41,898 bases of DNA, from positions 1 to 41,898 of the IMG/VR virus record IMGVR_UViG_3300037440_000669; one strand, 5' to 3'. Of the stretch, positions 15,148 through 24,504 are shown in pieces. Position 1 is the first letter of the stretch. The number at the start of each line of letters is the position of its first letter. The notes under the pieces were generated by a model. The model saw only the letters and a program-made list of their open reading frames with translations, did not search any database and was not told the origin of the DNA. The translations under genes were made by a program, and so were the position numbers. The DNA comes from a virus. Lineage: Duplodnaviria; Caudoviricetes.

Positions 15148-16942
15148 CCTGCCGGCAGGGGTGGAGCAGGCCGACCCGGCCAAGCTGCCGCCGGCGGCGA
15201 CGCTGCGGCGGTTGAAGCTCTCACCGGAGGTCGCCTGGTATCTGGTGTCGCGGGGAGTGCCGCTGCCGGACTGTCCGCCGCGGTGGAAGACACCGGAGCC
15301 GCGGACGGTCAAGGGCGCCCGCTTCGATCCGGAGCGCGTCGACCACGTGGTGCGCTCCTTCCGGGCGTTGCGGCACACGCAAGGCCGGCTGGCGGGCAAG
15401 CCGCTGGTCCCGGACCCGTGGCAGATCGCGTACATCCTGGCCCCGGTGTACGGCTGGGTGCGCCGCAACGACCACGGCCGGTGGGTTCGGATCATCCGCA
15501 CCGAGTATGTGGAGCTCCCGCGCAAGAACGGGAAGACCACGACCGCCGGCGGGCAGGCCATCTACCTGACCGGGGCCGATAAGGAGCCCGGGGCGCAGGT
15601 GTACGCGCTGGCGGCTGGGAAGGATCAGGCGCGGTTCTGCTTCGCCCCGGTCAAGGCGCTGGTGGACAAGACGCCGCGGCTGCGGGAGCGGTTCAAGCCG
15701 TACGCCGACAAGATCGTGCACCTCCGCACCGGCAGCTACTTCCAGGTGGTGTCGGCGCTCGCTGACCTGATCCACGGCGCGAACGTGCACGGCGCGGTGA
15801 TCGACGAGCTGCACGTGCACAAGACCCGCGACCTGGTGGACGCTGTGGAGTCCGGCGCAGGGTCGCGCGACCAGCCGCTGATCGTCATCATCACGACCGC
15901 GGATGACGGCCGGCAGGGCACGATCTACGCCGAGAAGCGCACGTACTGCGAGCAGCTGGCCCGGCGGGTACTCAAGGATCCGACGTTCTACGGCGTGATC
16001 TGGGCGGCCGACCCGGGCGACGACCCGTTCGCCGAGGCCACATGGAAGAAGGCGAACCCCGGCTACGGGATCTCCCCGACCCGGGAGTTCCTGGAGTCGG
16101 AAGCGGCGAAGGCGCGGCAGTCACCGGCTAACCTGGCCCGGTTTCTGCGGCTGTACCTGGGGATCCGGACCAAGCAGGCGACCCGGTATATCGACCTGGC
16201 GGTGTGGGACCGCAACGCCGGCGCCCGCCTCGACGAACAGCAGCTGGCCGGCCGGCGGGCGTTCGGCGGGCTGGACCTGGCGAGCTCGGCCGACCTGTGC
16301 GCGTTCTGTCTGGTCTTCCCGGGCGAGGAGATCGGGTACGAGGTGTTGTGGCGGCACTGGTGCCCGGAGCGGGCGTACGACCTGCTGTTTAAGCGGACCG
16401 CCGGGCAGGCGAAGGTGTGGCGCGATGCTGGGCTGCTGGTGGTCACCGACGGCGACGTCGCCGACTACGAGTGGATCGAGGAGCAGGTGCTCGCCGACGC
16501 CGGGACCTTCCGGTTGGTGGAGGTCGGCTACGACCCGTGGAACAGCTCGCAGACGGTCAACAACCTGGTGACGGCCGGGGTGGAGATGGTGCCGGTCCGG
16601 CAGGGGTACGGCACCTTGTCCGCGCCGACGAAGGAGCTTCTGCGGCTGCTGCTGACCGGCAAGCGGACCCGGCCGGTGCTGCGGCATGGCGGTAACCCGC
16701 TGGTGCGCTGGCAGGTGGACAACCTGGCGGTGGCGATGGACCCGGCCGGCAACGTGAAGCCGGACAAGGCCGCCAGCGGCGACAAGATCGACGGTTTCTC
16801 GGCCCTGGTTGCCGCGCTCGCGCGGGCGCTGGCGCACAAGCCGGAGGAGGAGAAGCCGCCGCCGGCGACCGCGCAGGCGGCGAAGGCCGAGGCGGACGCG
16901 GCGCGGGAGTTGTGGCGCCCGACGAAACGGCTCAACCTGTGA
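15122..16942 (+). CDS. terL: Terminase large subunit
   Basis: PWQ, Walker A PRKNGKTT, Walker B VIDELH, ITTA, nuclease GGLDLAS and KIDG motifs. Confidence 0.96.
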   Translation: MARKSRTPDLPAGVEQADPAKLPPAATLRRLKLSPEVAWYLVSRGVPLPDCPPRWKTPEPRTVKGARFDPERVDHVVRSFRALRHTQGRLAGKPLVPDPWQIAYILAPVYGWVRRNDHGRWVRIIRTEYVELPRKNGKTTTAGGQAIYLTGADKEPGAQVYALAAGKDQARFCFAPVKALVDKTPRLRERFKPYADKIVHLRTGSYFQVVSALADLIHGANVHGAVIDELHVHKTRDLVDAVESGAGSRDQPLIVIITTADDGRQGTIYAEKRTYCEQLARRVLKDPTFYGVIWAADPGDDPFAEATWKKANPGYGISPTREFLESEAAKARQSPANLARFLRLYLGIRTKQATRYIDLAVWDRNAGARLDEQQLAGRRAFGGLDLASSADLCAFCLVFPGEEIGYEVLWRHWCPERAYDLLFKRTAGQAKVWRDAGLLVVTDGDVADYEWIEEQVLADAGTFRLVEVGYDPWNSSQTVNNLVTAGVEMVPVRQGYGTLSAPTKELLRLLLTGKRTRPVLRHGGNPLVRWQVDNLAVAMDPAGNVKPDKAASGDKIDGFSALVAALARALAHKPEEEKPPPATAQAAKAEADAARELWRPTKRLNL

Positions 16943-16949
16943 GGAGCTG

Positions 16950-17243
16950 ATGGTGAGCGTTACCCGTATCACGCTTTCGGTGCCGACGCCGCACCTGACC
17001 CAGGTCGTGTCCAACCTGCTGGGGCTGGTCGGCCTGGTCGGCCTGGTCGTGTTCGTCGGCGGGGTGACCGGCAACTGGTGGTGGTCGCTTGGTGTGGCCG
17101 CGGCGATCGCGGTCACGTTGGCGTGGGTGGCGAACACGCACGCCCAGGCTGGGCAGGGGGAGGCGGCCGCCGATGGTGAGGCGGTGCAGCTGCGGCCGGT
17201 GCCGGCGGCTGCCCGGTCGGCGCCGTCGGCGAGGTCTGCGTGA
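16950..17243 (+). CDS. Small two-TM protein between terL and portal
   Basis: GAGGAG RBS; two hydrophobic helices. Confidence 0.7.
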   Translation: MVSVTRITLSVPTPHLTQVVSNLLGLVGLVGLVVFVGGVTGNWWWSLGVAAAIAVTLAWVANTHAQAGQGEAAADGEAVQLRPVPAAARSAPSARSA

Positions 17244-19567
17244 GGTCGTGGCTGTTCCCTGCCGCGCCGGCGCGGTCGGTTGAGGCGACACCGCAGCAGG
17301 TGGTCGCTACCGGTGCCGCCGGTGCCGGGTTCGGTGTTGACCCGCTCGACCAGGACCGCGGCTGGGCGCCGGCGGGCCGGTCGAGCCGGCCGGTTCCGTG
17401 GTGGACGCTGGAGAAGGCGCGGATCTACTCGGTGGCCGGGTATCGGGCTAACCCGATGGCCCGGGCGATCATCGACACGTACACGTCGTTCTGCGTCGGG
17501 GACTCCGGGGTGTCCTACCAGTGCAGCAACCCGCAGGTGTCCGAGGTGGTCGACCGGTTTTGGAATGACCCGGACGTCCAGCTGGGGCAGGTGCAGGACC
17601 TGTTGCTGCGGGACCACATGCTCATGGGGGAGACGGCCCTGGAGCTGCTGCAGGGCGAGCGGTCCGGGGTGGTGCTGTTCGTCCCGGTCGCGGTGTCGCG
17701 GATCACCGACGTGCGGCTGGCGGCGAACAACCCGCTATGGCCGGCGGAGCTGGTGTTCGCGCCCGGCCTGCCGGGCACCGGCGGGCCAGGGTACGGCGGC
17801 GTCACCCTGCCGGTGGCCAGGGTGGACCCGGCGACCAGGCTGCGTGACGGGCGGGTGGCGTGGTGGCGCTCGTGGCGGGCGCTGGCCGATGATGTGCGCG
17901 GCGACCCGTTCTTGACGCCGATCCTCGACCAGCTGGACTCCTACGACCAGGTGATCTCAAACCTGATCGACCGGACCGCGCTGTCCCGGTACCTGGTGTG
18001 GGACGTCACGGTGGAGGGTGACCAGAGCAAGGTCGACGAGTTCATCGCGACCCGCGGCGGTACTCACATCCCGCCGTCGGGGTCGGTCGAGGTGCACAAC
18101 CAGTCGGTGCAGTGGAAGCCTCAGACGGCGGAGACGCGGGCCGAGGAGGATTCGGTGACCGCCCGGCAGGTGCTTACCCAGGTGGCCGGCGGCGCCGGCC
18201 TGAGCAAGACCTGGCTGGCTGAGCCGGACGGTGCGAACCGGGCGACGTCGCTGACGATGGCCGAGCCGGTGCGCCGGCGGGTGGCAGGCGTCCAGAGGCT
18301 GTGGCTGGGGTACATCACCGAGCTGGTGCGGTTCGCGGTCGACCGGGCGGTTGCCGCGCGGCGGCTGCCGCAGCTGGTGCAGGCCAGGGACGCGAAGACC
18401 GGCGCCGAGTATGAGATCCCGGCCTCGCAGGCGGTCACGGTGACCGGCCCGTCGGTGTCGGCGGCGGATGCCGAGTTCACGGCGAAGATCCTTCTGAACT
18501 TGTCGACCGGGCTGGAGAAGCTGGTCAAGGCCGGTCTGATGTCGCGGGAGGCGGCGGCGGTGGCGGCCCGCAAGGCGTGGGAGGACTACGTCGGTGTCCC
18601 GTACACCTCGGATCTGGACTCGCCGGAGGCGGACGAGGGGGACCTGGCCACCGCGGTGGAGGAGGCGTGGTCCGCCGGCGGCCGCGGCGGCATGCTGCAC
18701 CACTTGGGCGCGCTGGATGAGGCGTTCGACCCGGCGTTGCATCCCCGGGACCGGCGTGGCCGGTTCCGCCGGGTGGTGTCACCGGACATCGCTGCCGGGT
18801 TCGAGCTGGGCCGGCTCTCGGAGCGGAGGCTGGTCGCCCTGTTCACCGAGTTTCTCGATGAGCGGCCGCCGAACGAGGGGGCGCTGGTGCGGCTCAACGA
18901 CGAGCTCGCCCGGCGTGAGGGGGCCAGGTCCCGCCCGCCCAACCCGATCGCCGGGGTGAACTTGCGTGACCTGTCCGACGATGACCTGTTGGACCTGTGG
19001 ACCGCGCACCGTGAGCGTGAGGACGTGTGGCGGCCGGTCACCGCCGAGCTCGAGGGCCGGCAGCGGCGCCGGCGCAGCGTCGGCGACGAGCCGCTGGTCA
19101 CCTGGGACGCGCCGGACACCCCGGAGCAGCGGCGCCTGGACGAGCTCGTCGCCGGCGGGGTGGACTATCGGGACGCGTATGCGGATGTGTACGGGTTGGC
19201 CCGTGACCAGCTGCTCGGGCAGGAGCGGGTGAGCGTGGTCGACCTGGAGCGGCGCGCCGGCGAGTCCCGCCGGCAGGCGGTCCGCCGGGCGTACGGCGAG
19301 TTCGTGCACCTGCAGCTGCTGGAGGCGGAGCAGGCCACCCGCGGGCATCTGCTCAAGCCGGAGGCGCGGGGGCGGATCGAACCGATCGGCCTGTTCTCCG
19401 GCCCGGCAGCGCGTGCCCGCCGGTGGGCCAGTGAGGACCTGCTGCGGTGGTGGTCCGAGCATCCGCGGCTGACCTATCAGGAGTTCGCCGGGCAGGTGCT
19501 CGGCGGCGATGGTGCGGCGCTGGCAGCGGCACGGCTGCGCGGCAACGCCCGGGACTTCGGGGTGTAG
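17240..19567 (+). CDS. Portal protein with ~285-aa C-terminal extension
   Basis: Position after terL. Portal-like NPMARAIID, DHMLMGE, RG.P.L.PILD and ANRATS..M. Extension starts at LDEAFDPALHPRDRRGRF. Confidence 0.85.
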   Translation: MRSWLFPAAPARSVEATPQQVVATGAAGAGFGVDPLDQDRGWAPAGRSSRPVPWWTLEKARIYSVAGYRANPMARAIIDTYTSFCVGDSGVSYQCSNPQVSEVVDRFWNDPDVQLGQVQDLLLRDHMLMGETALELLQGERSGVVLFVPVAVSRITDVRLAANNPLWPAELVFAPGLPGTGGPGYGGVTLPVARVDPATRLRDGRVAWWRSWRALADDVRGDPFLTPILDQLDSYDQVISNLIDRTALSRYLVWDVTVEGDQSKVDEFIATRGGTHIPPSGSVEVHNQSVQWKPQTAETRAEEDSVTARQVLTQVAGGAGLSKTWLAEPDGANRATSLTMAEPVRRRVAGVQRLWLGYITELVRFAVDRAVAARRLPQLVQARDAKTGAEYEIPASQAVTVTGPSVSAADAEFTAKILLNLSTGLEKLVKAGLMSREAAAVAARKAWEDYVGVPYTSDLDSPEADEGDLATAVEEAWSAGGRGGMLHHLGALDEAFDPALHPRDRRGRFRRVVSPDIAAGFELGRLSERRLVALFTEFLDERPPNEGALVRLNDELARREGARSRPPNPIAGVNLRDLSDDDLLDLWTAHREREDVWRPVTAELEGRQRRRRSVGDEPLVTWDAPDTPEQRRLDELVAGGVDYRDAYADVYGLARDQLLGQERVSVVDLERRAGESRRQAVRRAYGEFVHLQLLEAEQATRGHLLKPEARGRIEPIGLFSGPAARARRWASEDLLRWWSEHPRLTYQEFAGQVLGGDGAALAAARLRGNARDFGV

Positions 19568-19570
19568 GCG

Positions 19571-19762
19571 ATGGTGACCGAGCAGGTGCGCGCGGAGGCG
19601 GCCCGCAACGGCACGCTGGCCGCCCGGCTGGGTGTCGAGGTCACAGCCTGCCCCTTCGATCTGGCGCGCTCGCCGGAGCATCGGGCGCTGGCCCGGATCT
19701 GGGTGCGCGCCTACCTGGCGGCGCGGCCACCGACACCGGCAGAGGTCCGGTACGACCAGTAG
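19571..19762 (+). CDS. Small Rmf/CrpP-like protein
   Basis: A...G..AA..G.....CPF.........W..AY pattern. Confidence 0.55.
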   Translation: MVTEQVRAEAARNGTLAARLGVEVTACPFDLARSPEHRALARIWVRAYLAARPPTPAEVRYDQ

Positions 19763-19771
19763 AGGAGCGAC

Positions 19772-20206
19772 ATGACGATGACGCACGCCCAGGCCGCGAA
19801 GGCGATGGGCATGAAGACCCGGGAAATCCGCGACGTGGCGGACCGGCCCGGCGGCGGCTACCTGGTGACCACCTTCGACGGGGCACGCTGCGAGGTGCTG
19901 GCGGGAAAGGCGGCGCCGCTGGCCGAGCCGTCGCCGGCGGGGGCCGAGGAGCAGCCGGCGGGGGCCGAGGCCGGCGTGGCGGCGAAGCCGGGCAAGCAAA
20001 GGGGCGGCCGCGGCAAGAAGGTTAAGGACGCCGAGCCGGTGGATGTGTACCCGGCCGGTGGGGACGTGGCGGCGCGGCTGGCGTGGGTCGGCGACCGGGC
20101 GGACCGGGCCGCGGCCGCGCTCGAGGTGGAGCAGGACCGTGACAACCCGGACGCCGACCTGGTCGCCCAGCTGCAGCAGCTCGCCGCCGGCGCGGCCACG
20201 GGCTGA
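19772..20206 (+). CDS. Head-region hypothetical protein
   Basis: GAGGAG RBS; C-terminal LAWVGD..DRA.AAL..E helical module. Confidence 0.7.
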   Translation: MTMTHAQAAKAMGMKTREIRDVADRPGGGYLVTTFDGARCEVLAGKAAPLAEPSPAGAEEQPAGAEAGVAAKPGKQRGGRGKKVKDAEPVDVYPAGGDVAARLAWVGDRADRAAAALEVEQDRDNPDADLVAQLQQLAAGAATG

Positions 20207-20379
20207 TGGGCGACCAGGACCGCCCGGACGGGCTGCGGCACTCGCTGGGGCCGGAGCGGTGCCCGGCGTGCACCAGCGAGCCGGCCCGGCCGGTGCGGGC
20301 CCGTGAGGTCGTCGTGGACGTCGTCGACGTCGCCGATCCGGCGCCGGTCCGGCGGGTCACCGAGGTGGTCGAGGAGTGA
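20206..20379 (+). CDS. Small hypothetical protein (57 aa, not in the ORF track)
   Basis: TGATG start and GTGA stop coupling; MGDQDRPDGLRHSLGPERCPAC... Confidence 0.5.
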   Translation: MGDQDRPDGLRHSLGPERCPACTSEPARPVRAREVVVDVVDVADPAPVRRVTEVVEE

Positions 20380-21590
20380 GGGTGCCCGGCCGGGCAGCGG
20401 AGCGGTTCGACCCGTCCCAGCCGCGTGACGATGACGGCCGCTGGGCCAACGTCGCCGGCGCGATTACTGCGGTGATGGAGGACGGGCTGAGGCTGGCCGG
20501 CCGGGTCGGCCTGGACGCGGGGGAGCGGCTGGTGGCCAGCCGGCGGATGACCGGCCCGGGCCGCAACGACCTGGTGTGGGCGGTGACTGACTCGCCGGCC
20601 GGCCGGGAGCTGCGGCTGGGTGTGGTCGACCATGAGGACACGCCGCGGTGGCGGGCGGCGAACCTGGGCGGCACCGCCCGGCTGGACGTGGCCGGGATCT
20701 CCACGCTGCGCCGGCAGCTGGCCGCCGCGGCGGCCGCCGGCCGGCGGCATCAGGCGCAATGGCGGCGGCAGGCCGAACAGCCCGGCGCCACCGACCTGGA
20801 GCCGGATCCGCTGATCGCCGAGGGGACGGTGCCCGGTGCGCCCGGGTGGGGCCAGCTTGCGTGGCAGGTCAACGGCGTCGACGACGGTGGCGGCGGCTGG
20901 AGCGTGGATCTGGCGGTGCGGCCGCCGGAGGCGCCGGCCGGGTGGACGGTGGCAGACGCGATCAGCGAGGAGCGGGAGATGTCGCTGGATGCCCGGCAGG
21001 TCCACGGGCTGATCGGGCAGCTGGACCGTGTCGCTGGCGTTCCGGCCGCGGAGGCGTGGGATCCGACCCTGCACCCGCGCGGCCCGGATGGCCGGTTCAT
21101 CCGCCGCGGCATCGTGGCGGCGTTGCTGGGCCGGGCTGCCGGCACGGGCCGGTCGGCCGCCGGCGCGGCACGGCGGGCGGCCCGGGCCGTGGCCGCCAGG
21201 TTGCGGGCGGCCGCGGACACCGACGAGGCACGGGCGCTGATGGCGTCGCTGACGTTGCGTGCGCTGCAGGCGCTCACCGACGAGCTGGGGGTGCCCGGGT
21301 TGCCGTTTGCGACGCGCTCCGAGCTGGTGGAGCAGCTGGTGCGCAGTGCGTTCGTCCGGCGGGAGGCTGCCGCCGGGGACGACAACGCGTTGAAACGGTT
21401 CTGGACGAAGGACCCGGAGGGCCTGGCGAGGTGGGCGACCCGGCCGCATCCGTGGACGGCGCTGTACCGGCAGCTGGTAAAGCACATGCCGCCGGCGCCG
21501 GCGCGGCGGGTGGCCTCGGCCTGGTTCCACGAGGTGTTCGGGATCTGGCCGGGGGAGCGGGCCGGGGCCAACCCGACCGGGCCAGGCTGA
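20376..21590 (+). CDS. Multidomain head-region protein with two DP..PR...GR(F/W) tags
   Basis: GAGG RBS; ERFDPSQPRDDDGRW and EAWDPTLHPRGPDGRF; HeH/Rho-N-like helix pair; C-terminal LKRFWT...HE.FGIWPG domain. Confidence 0.7.
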   Translation: MRVPGRAAERFDPSQPRDDDGRWANVAGAITAVMEDGLRLAGRVGLDAGERLVASRRMTGPGRNDLVWAVTDSPAGRELRLGVVDHEDTPRWRAANLGGTARLDVAGISTLRRQLAAAAAAGRRHQAQWRRQAEQPGATDLEPDPLIAEGTVPGAPGWGQLAWQVNGVDDGGGGWSVDLAVRPPEAPAGWTVADAISEEREMSLDARQVHGLIGQLDRVAGVPAAEAWDPTLHPRGPDGRFIRRGIVAALLGRAAGTGRSAAGAARRAARAVAARLRAAADTDEARALMASLTLRALQALTDELGVPGLPFATRSELVEQLVRSAFVRREAAAGDDNALKRFWTKDPEGLARWATRPHPWTALYRQLVKHMPPAPARRVASAWFHEVFGIWPGERAGANPTGPG

Positions 21591-21604
21591 TGAGGGGAGG
21601 GCGT

Positions 21605-24427
21605 GTGGGCACCTGGCATGCGGCGGTGGAGGCTGCGGTGCGTAGGGAGGCGGAGGCGCTGGGCGTTGACGCCGGCGTGTTGCTCGCCGACCGGAACCTT
21701 GCCGAGGCGCTCGCGGAGCTTGCCGACCTGGAGCCTGGCACGGAGGCGCTCGACGTCGGGGTGGCCGCGGCGGTCGGGCACATGGTGGAGGCCGGCCGGG
21801 CGGTGCCGGCCGGCGCGGCGATGGTGGCGGCGATGCTGCCGGCCGACGTGGCTGAGGCGGTGGCCGTGGATGGTGGGCTGCCACCTGAGCAGCTGCACGT
21901 GACCCTGGCCTACCTGGGGGAGGAGCTGACCGCCGAGCAGCGGGAGGCCGCGGGCCGGGTGACCGGCGAGGTTGCCGGGCGGCATCCGCGGCTGGCCGGG
22001 CAGCTCGGCGGGCTGGGCCAGTTCCCGGCCGGTGAGGACGGGGTGCCGGTCTTCGCGCCGGTCGACGTGCCGGGCATGGTGGAGCTGCGGCAGGACCTGG
22101 TGCGGTCGCTGGCGGCTGCAGGGCTGCCGGTGCCGGCCGAGCATGACTTCACCCCGCACGCCACCCTGACCTACCTGGCCGGGGAGGGGGAGGCCACACC
22201 GGAGCCGGTGCCGCCGACACCGGTGGAGTTCGCCGCGTTGACGTTCGCGCAGGGCCGGGGTGAGCGGGTGGAGTTCCCGCTCGGTGCCCGGGAGGCGGCC
22301 GCCGGCGGGGTCACCGAGGTGCGGGACCGGATGGTCGGCCGGGTGGTCGAGGCGCGGGGCACGGACGGCTCCGGCGGCCGCGTGTTCCGGGTGCGGATCA
22401 TCCAGTGGGGGCAGTCCCGCAACCGCCGGTCGTATACGCAGCCGGTGATGGCGGCGGCGGCCCGCCTGTACGAGGGGGCCAAGGCCTACGACCACCACCG
22501 GTCGCCGGAGGAACTCAAGACTTCGACGATCAACGGTTTGGTGGGCCAGTACCGGCACGTGACCGTCGAGGCGGACGGCCTGTACGCGGACCTGCACCTG
22601 CTGCCCGGTGCGACGCACGCGGCGGAGGCGCTGGACGCGTCCCTCGCGGCGCAGGCCCGGGGGCTGCCGCCGCTGGTGGGGATCTCCCACGACGTGCTGG
22701 CCAGCTACCGGCCGGTGAACACCGGCCGCGGCCGCGTCGAGGAGGCCACGGCAATTCTCAAGGTCAACTCGGCGGACATCGTGGCCGACCCGGCCGCCGG
22801 TGGGATGCCGACCAGGATGCTCGCCGGCGGGACCGCCGGTGATGATGACGACCCGCAGAGCGCGGGAGAGAGTGAGGAGGGCGAGGTGCCAATTAAGAAG
22901 GCAGACGTGCTCGCCGCGCTGCGGGAGTGCGACGACCAGGAGCTCGCAGGCGTGGGCCTGTCCCGGGCCCCGGCCGGCGACGCCGGAGCACCGGCGGCGG
23001 CGCCGGCGGCTGGTGCTGTGGGTGGTGATGGTGCCTCCGCGGCCGCGCCCGCACCGGCGGCCGCGACCGAGGCGGTGCGGGGCACCGAGGCCGGCACCAT
23101 GCCCAAGGCGGGGTTCTTGGGCCAGATGATGATCCGGCACAAGGTCGAGTCGGCCGGGCTGCCGATCGGGGTGGTGCCGGAGCTGACCAAGGCGCTGCCC
23201 GAGCAGGTCACCGAGTCTGTGGTGGACGCGCAGGTGGCGGCGCTGCAGGCCGGTATCGGGGTGATCGAGCGGGCCGGGCTGGTCGGCGCGTCGGTGCTCG
23301 GCGCCAGCGGCGCGAAGGTCACCAAGGAGGCCACCGAGAAGAAGGCCACCGCGCTCGACAAGTTCTTCGAGGGCGACTACCGGGCCGGCTACCGGTCGTT
23401 CCGGGAGGCGTGGGCGGACTTCACCGGCTACCGGCCGCAGCAGTGGGGCGAGGACCTGAACCGGCGGATCCTGCGGGAGAGCTTCGGCGGCGGTTTCGAC
23501 TCGGCGGCGGTGCACGGTACCGAGTCGCTGGACTCGACGAGCTGGGCGCAGGTGCTCGGTGACAGCATCACCCGGCGCATGATCGCCATGTACTCGCAGC
23601 CGAGCCTGTCGACGTGGCGGAAGATCGTCTCCGATGTGATTCCGGTGACGGACTTCCGGCAGCAGCGCCGGGAGCGGGTCGGCGGGTACGGGCTGCTGCC
23701 GGTGGTGGCCGAGGGTGCCCCATACGCGCCGCTGGCGTCGCCGACCGACGAGGAAGCCGTGTACTCGATCATCAAGCGGGGTGGTCTGGACGACCTGACC
23801 CTGGAGATGATCGCGAACGACGACCTGGGCGCGATCCGGAACGTGCCGCGGGGGCTGGGCCTGGCGGCGGCGATCACGCTGTACCGGTTCATCTGGGACA
23901 TCCTGGCGACCAACACGGTGTGCACCTACGACACGGTGGCGCTGTTCAATGTGGCGCACAACAACACGGCCACGGCGGCATTGTCGAGCACGGCTCTGTC
24001 GGCGGCCCGGCAGCGGATGCGGCAGCAGGCGGCGTTCGGGCAGGCCACTAACATCCTGTCGCTGCGGCCGCGCACGCTGATCGTGCCCTCCGCGCTGGAG
24101 GAGCTGGCATTCCAGCTGGTCACCTCGGCGGTGGCGATCACGACGAACAGCGATGCGACGATCCCGAACCTGCACGCCGGGCTCGACCTGGAGGTCATCG
24201 ACTACTTCACCGACGCGGACGACTGGTTCCTGGCCGGCGACCCGGCGATGGTGCCGACCATCGAGGTCGGGTTCTACCAGGGCCGGGAGGACCCGGAGCT
24301 GTTCACCCAGGCCGACGAGAACGTCGGGTCGATGTTCAACGCGGACAAGCTGACCTACAAGATCAGGCACATCTATTCGGGGACGCCGCTGGACCACCGC
24401 GGCTTCCAGCGCGGCACCCAGCCGTGA
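21605..24427 (+). CDS. Head polyprotein: 2H phosphoesterase + prohead protease + scaffold + major capsid protein
   Basis: GGAGG RBS (alternative ATG 21590). HVT (21896) and HAT (22157) 2H motifs. Protease-like DHH, VGISH and SADIVADPAAGG. Mu gpT-like capsid C-terminus (EMIANDDLGA, LFN.AH.N, P..LIVP..LE, YKIRH.Y....D.RG). Confidence 0.88.
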   Translation: MGTWHAAVEAAVRREAEALGVDAGVLLADRNLAEALAELADLEPGTEALDVGVAAAVGHMVEAGRAVPAGAAMVAAMLPADVAEAVAVDGGLPPEQLHVTLAYLGEELTAEQREAAGRVTGEVAGRHPRLAGQLGGLGQFPAGEDGVPVFAPVDVPGMVELRQDLVRSLAAAGLPVPAEHDFTPHATLTYLAGEGEATPEPVPPTPVEFAALTFAQGRGERVEFPLGAREAAAGGVTEVRDRMVGRVVEARGTDGSGGRVFRVRIIQWGQSRNRRSYTQPVMAAAARLYEGAKAYDHHRSPEELKTSTINGLVGQYRHVTVEADGLYADLHLLPGATHAAEALDASLAAQARGLPPLVGISHDVLASYRPVNTGRGRVEEATAILKVNSADIVADPAAGGMPTRMLAGGTAGDDDDPQSAGESEEGEVPIKKADVLAALRECDDQELAGVGLSRAPAGDAGAPAAAPAAGAVGGDGASAAAPAPAAATEAVRGTEAGTMPKAGFLGQMMIRHKVESAGLPIGVVPELTKALPEQVTESVVDAQVAALQAGIGVIERAGLVGASVLGASGAKVTKEATEKKATALDKFFEGDYRAGYRSFREAWADFTGYRPQQWGEDLNRRILRESFGGGFDSAAVHGTESLDSTSWAQVLGDSITRRMIAMYSQPSLSTWRKIVSDVIPVTDFRQQRRERVGGYGLLPVVAEGAPYAPLASPTDEEAVYSIIKRGGLDDLTLEMIANDDLGAIRNVPRGLGLAAAITLYRFIWDILATNTVCTYDTVALFNVAHNNTATAALSSTALSAARQRMRQQAAFGQATNILSLRPRTLIVPSALEELAFQLVTSAVAITTNSDATIPNLHAGLDLEVIDYFTDADDWFLAGDPAMVPTIEVGFYQGREDPELFTQADENVGSMFNADKLTYKIRHIYSGTPLDHRGFQRGTQP

Positions 24428-24433
24428 TCGGGC

Positions 24434-24467
24434 GACCGTGCCCGCCTGGGGGAGGGCGGGCACGGTC
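24434..24467 (+). terminator. Hairpin after the capsid gene
   Basis: Perfect 13-bp stem gaccgtgcccgcc/ggcgggcacggtc; no U-tract. Confidence 0.7.
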
Positions 24468-24504
24468 CCTAACCGTCGTCCAACGTCGACCGTGGGGAGT
24501 GCTG

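Noticed and set aside
20648-21589. N-terminal 314 aa of the 1259-aa ORF call
   Set aside because: It overlaps the better 20376-21590 gene in another frame and is Arg/Gly-rich noise. The RBS supports a start at 21590 or 21605.
20750-24463. 1237-aa minus-strand ORF and other long antisense ORFs (29265-31688, 33869-36439, 16121-17617)
   Set aside because: Antisense shadows of real high-GC genes, with no motifs or RBS.
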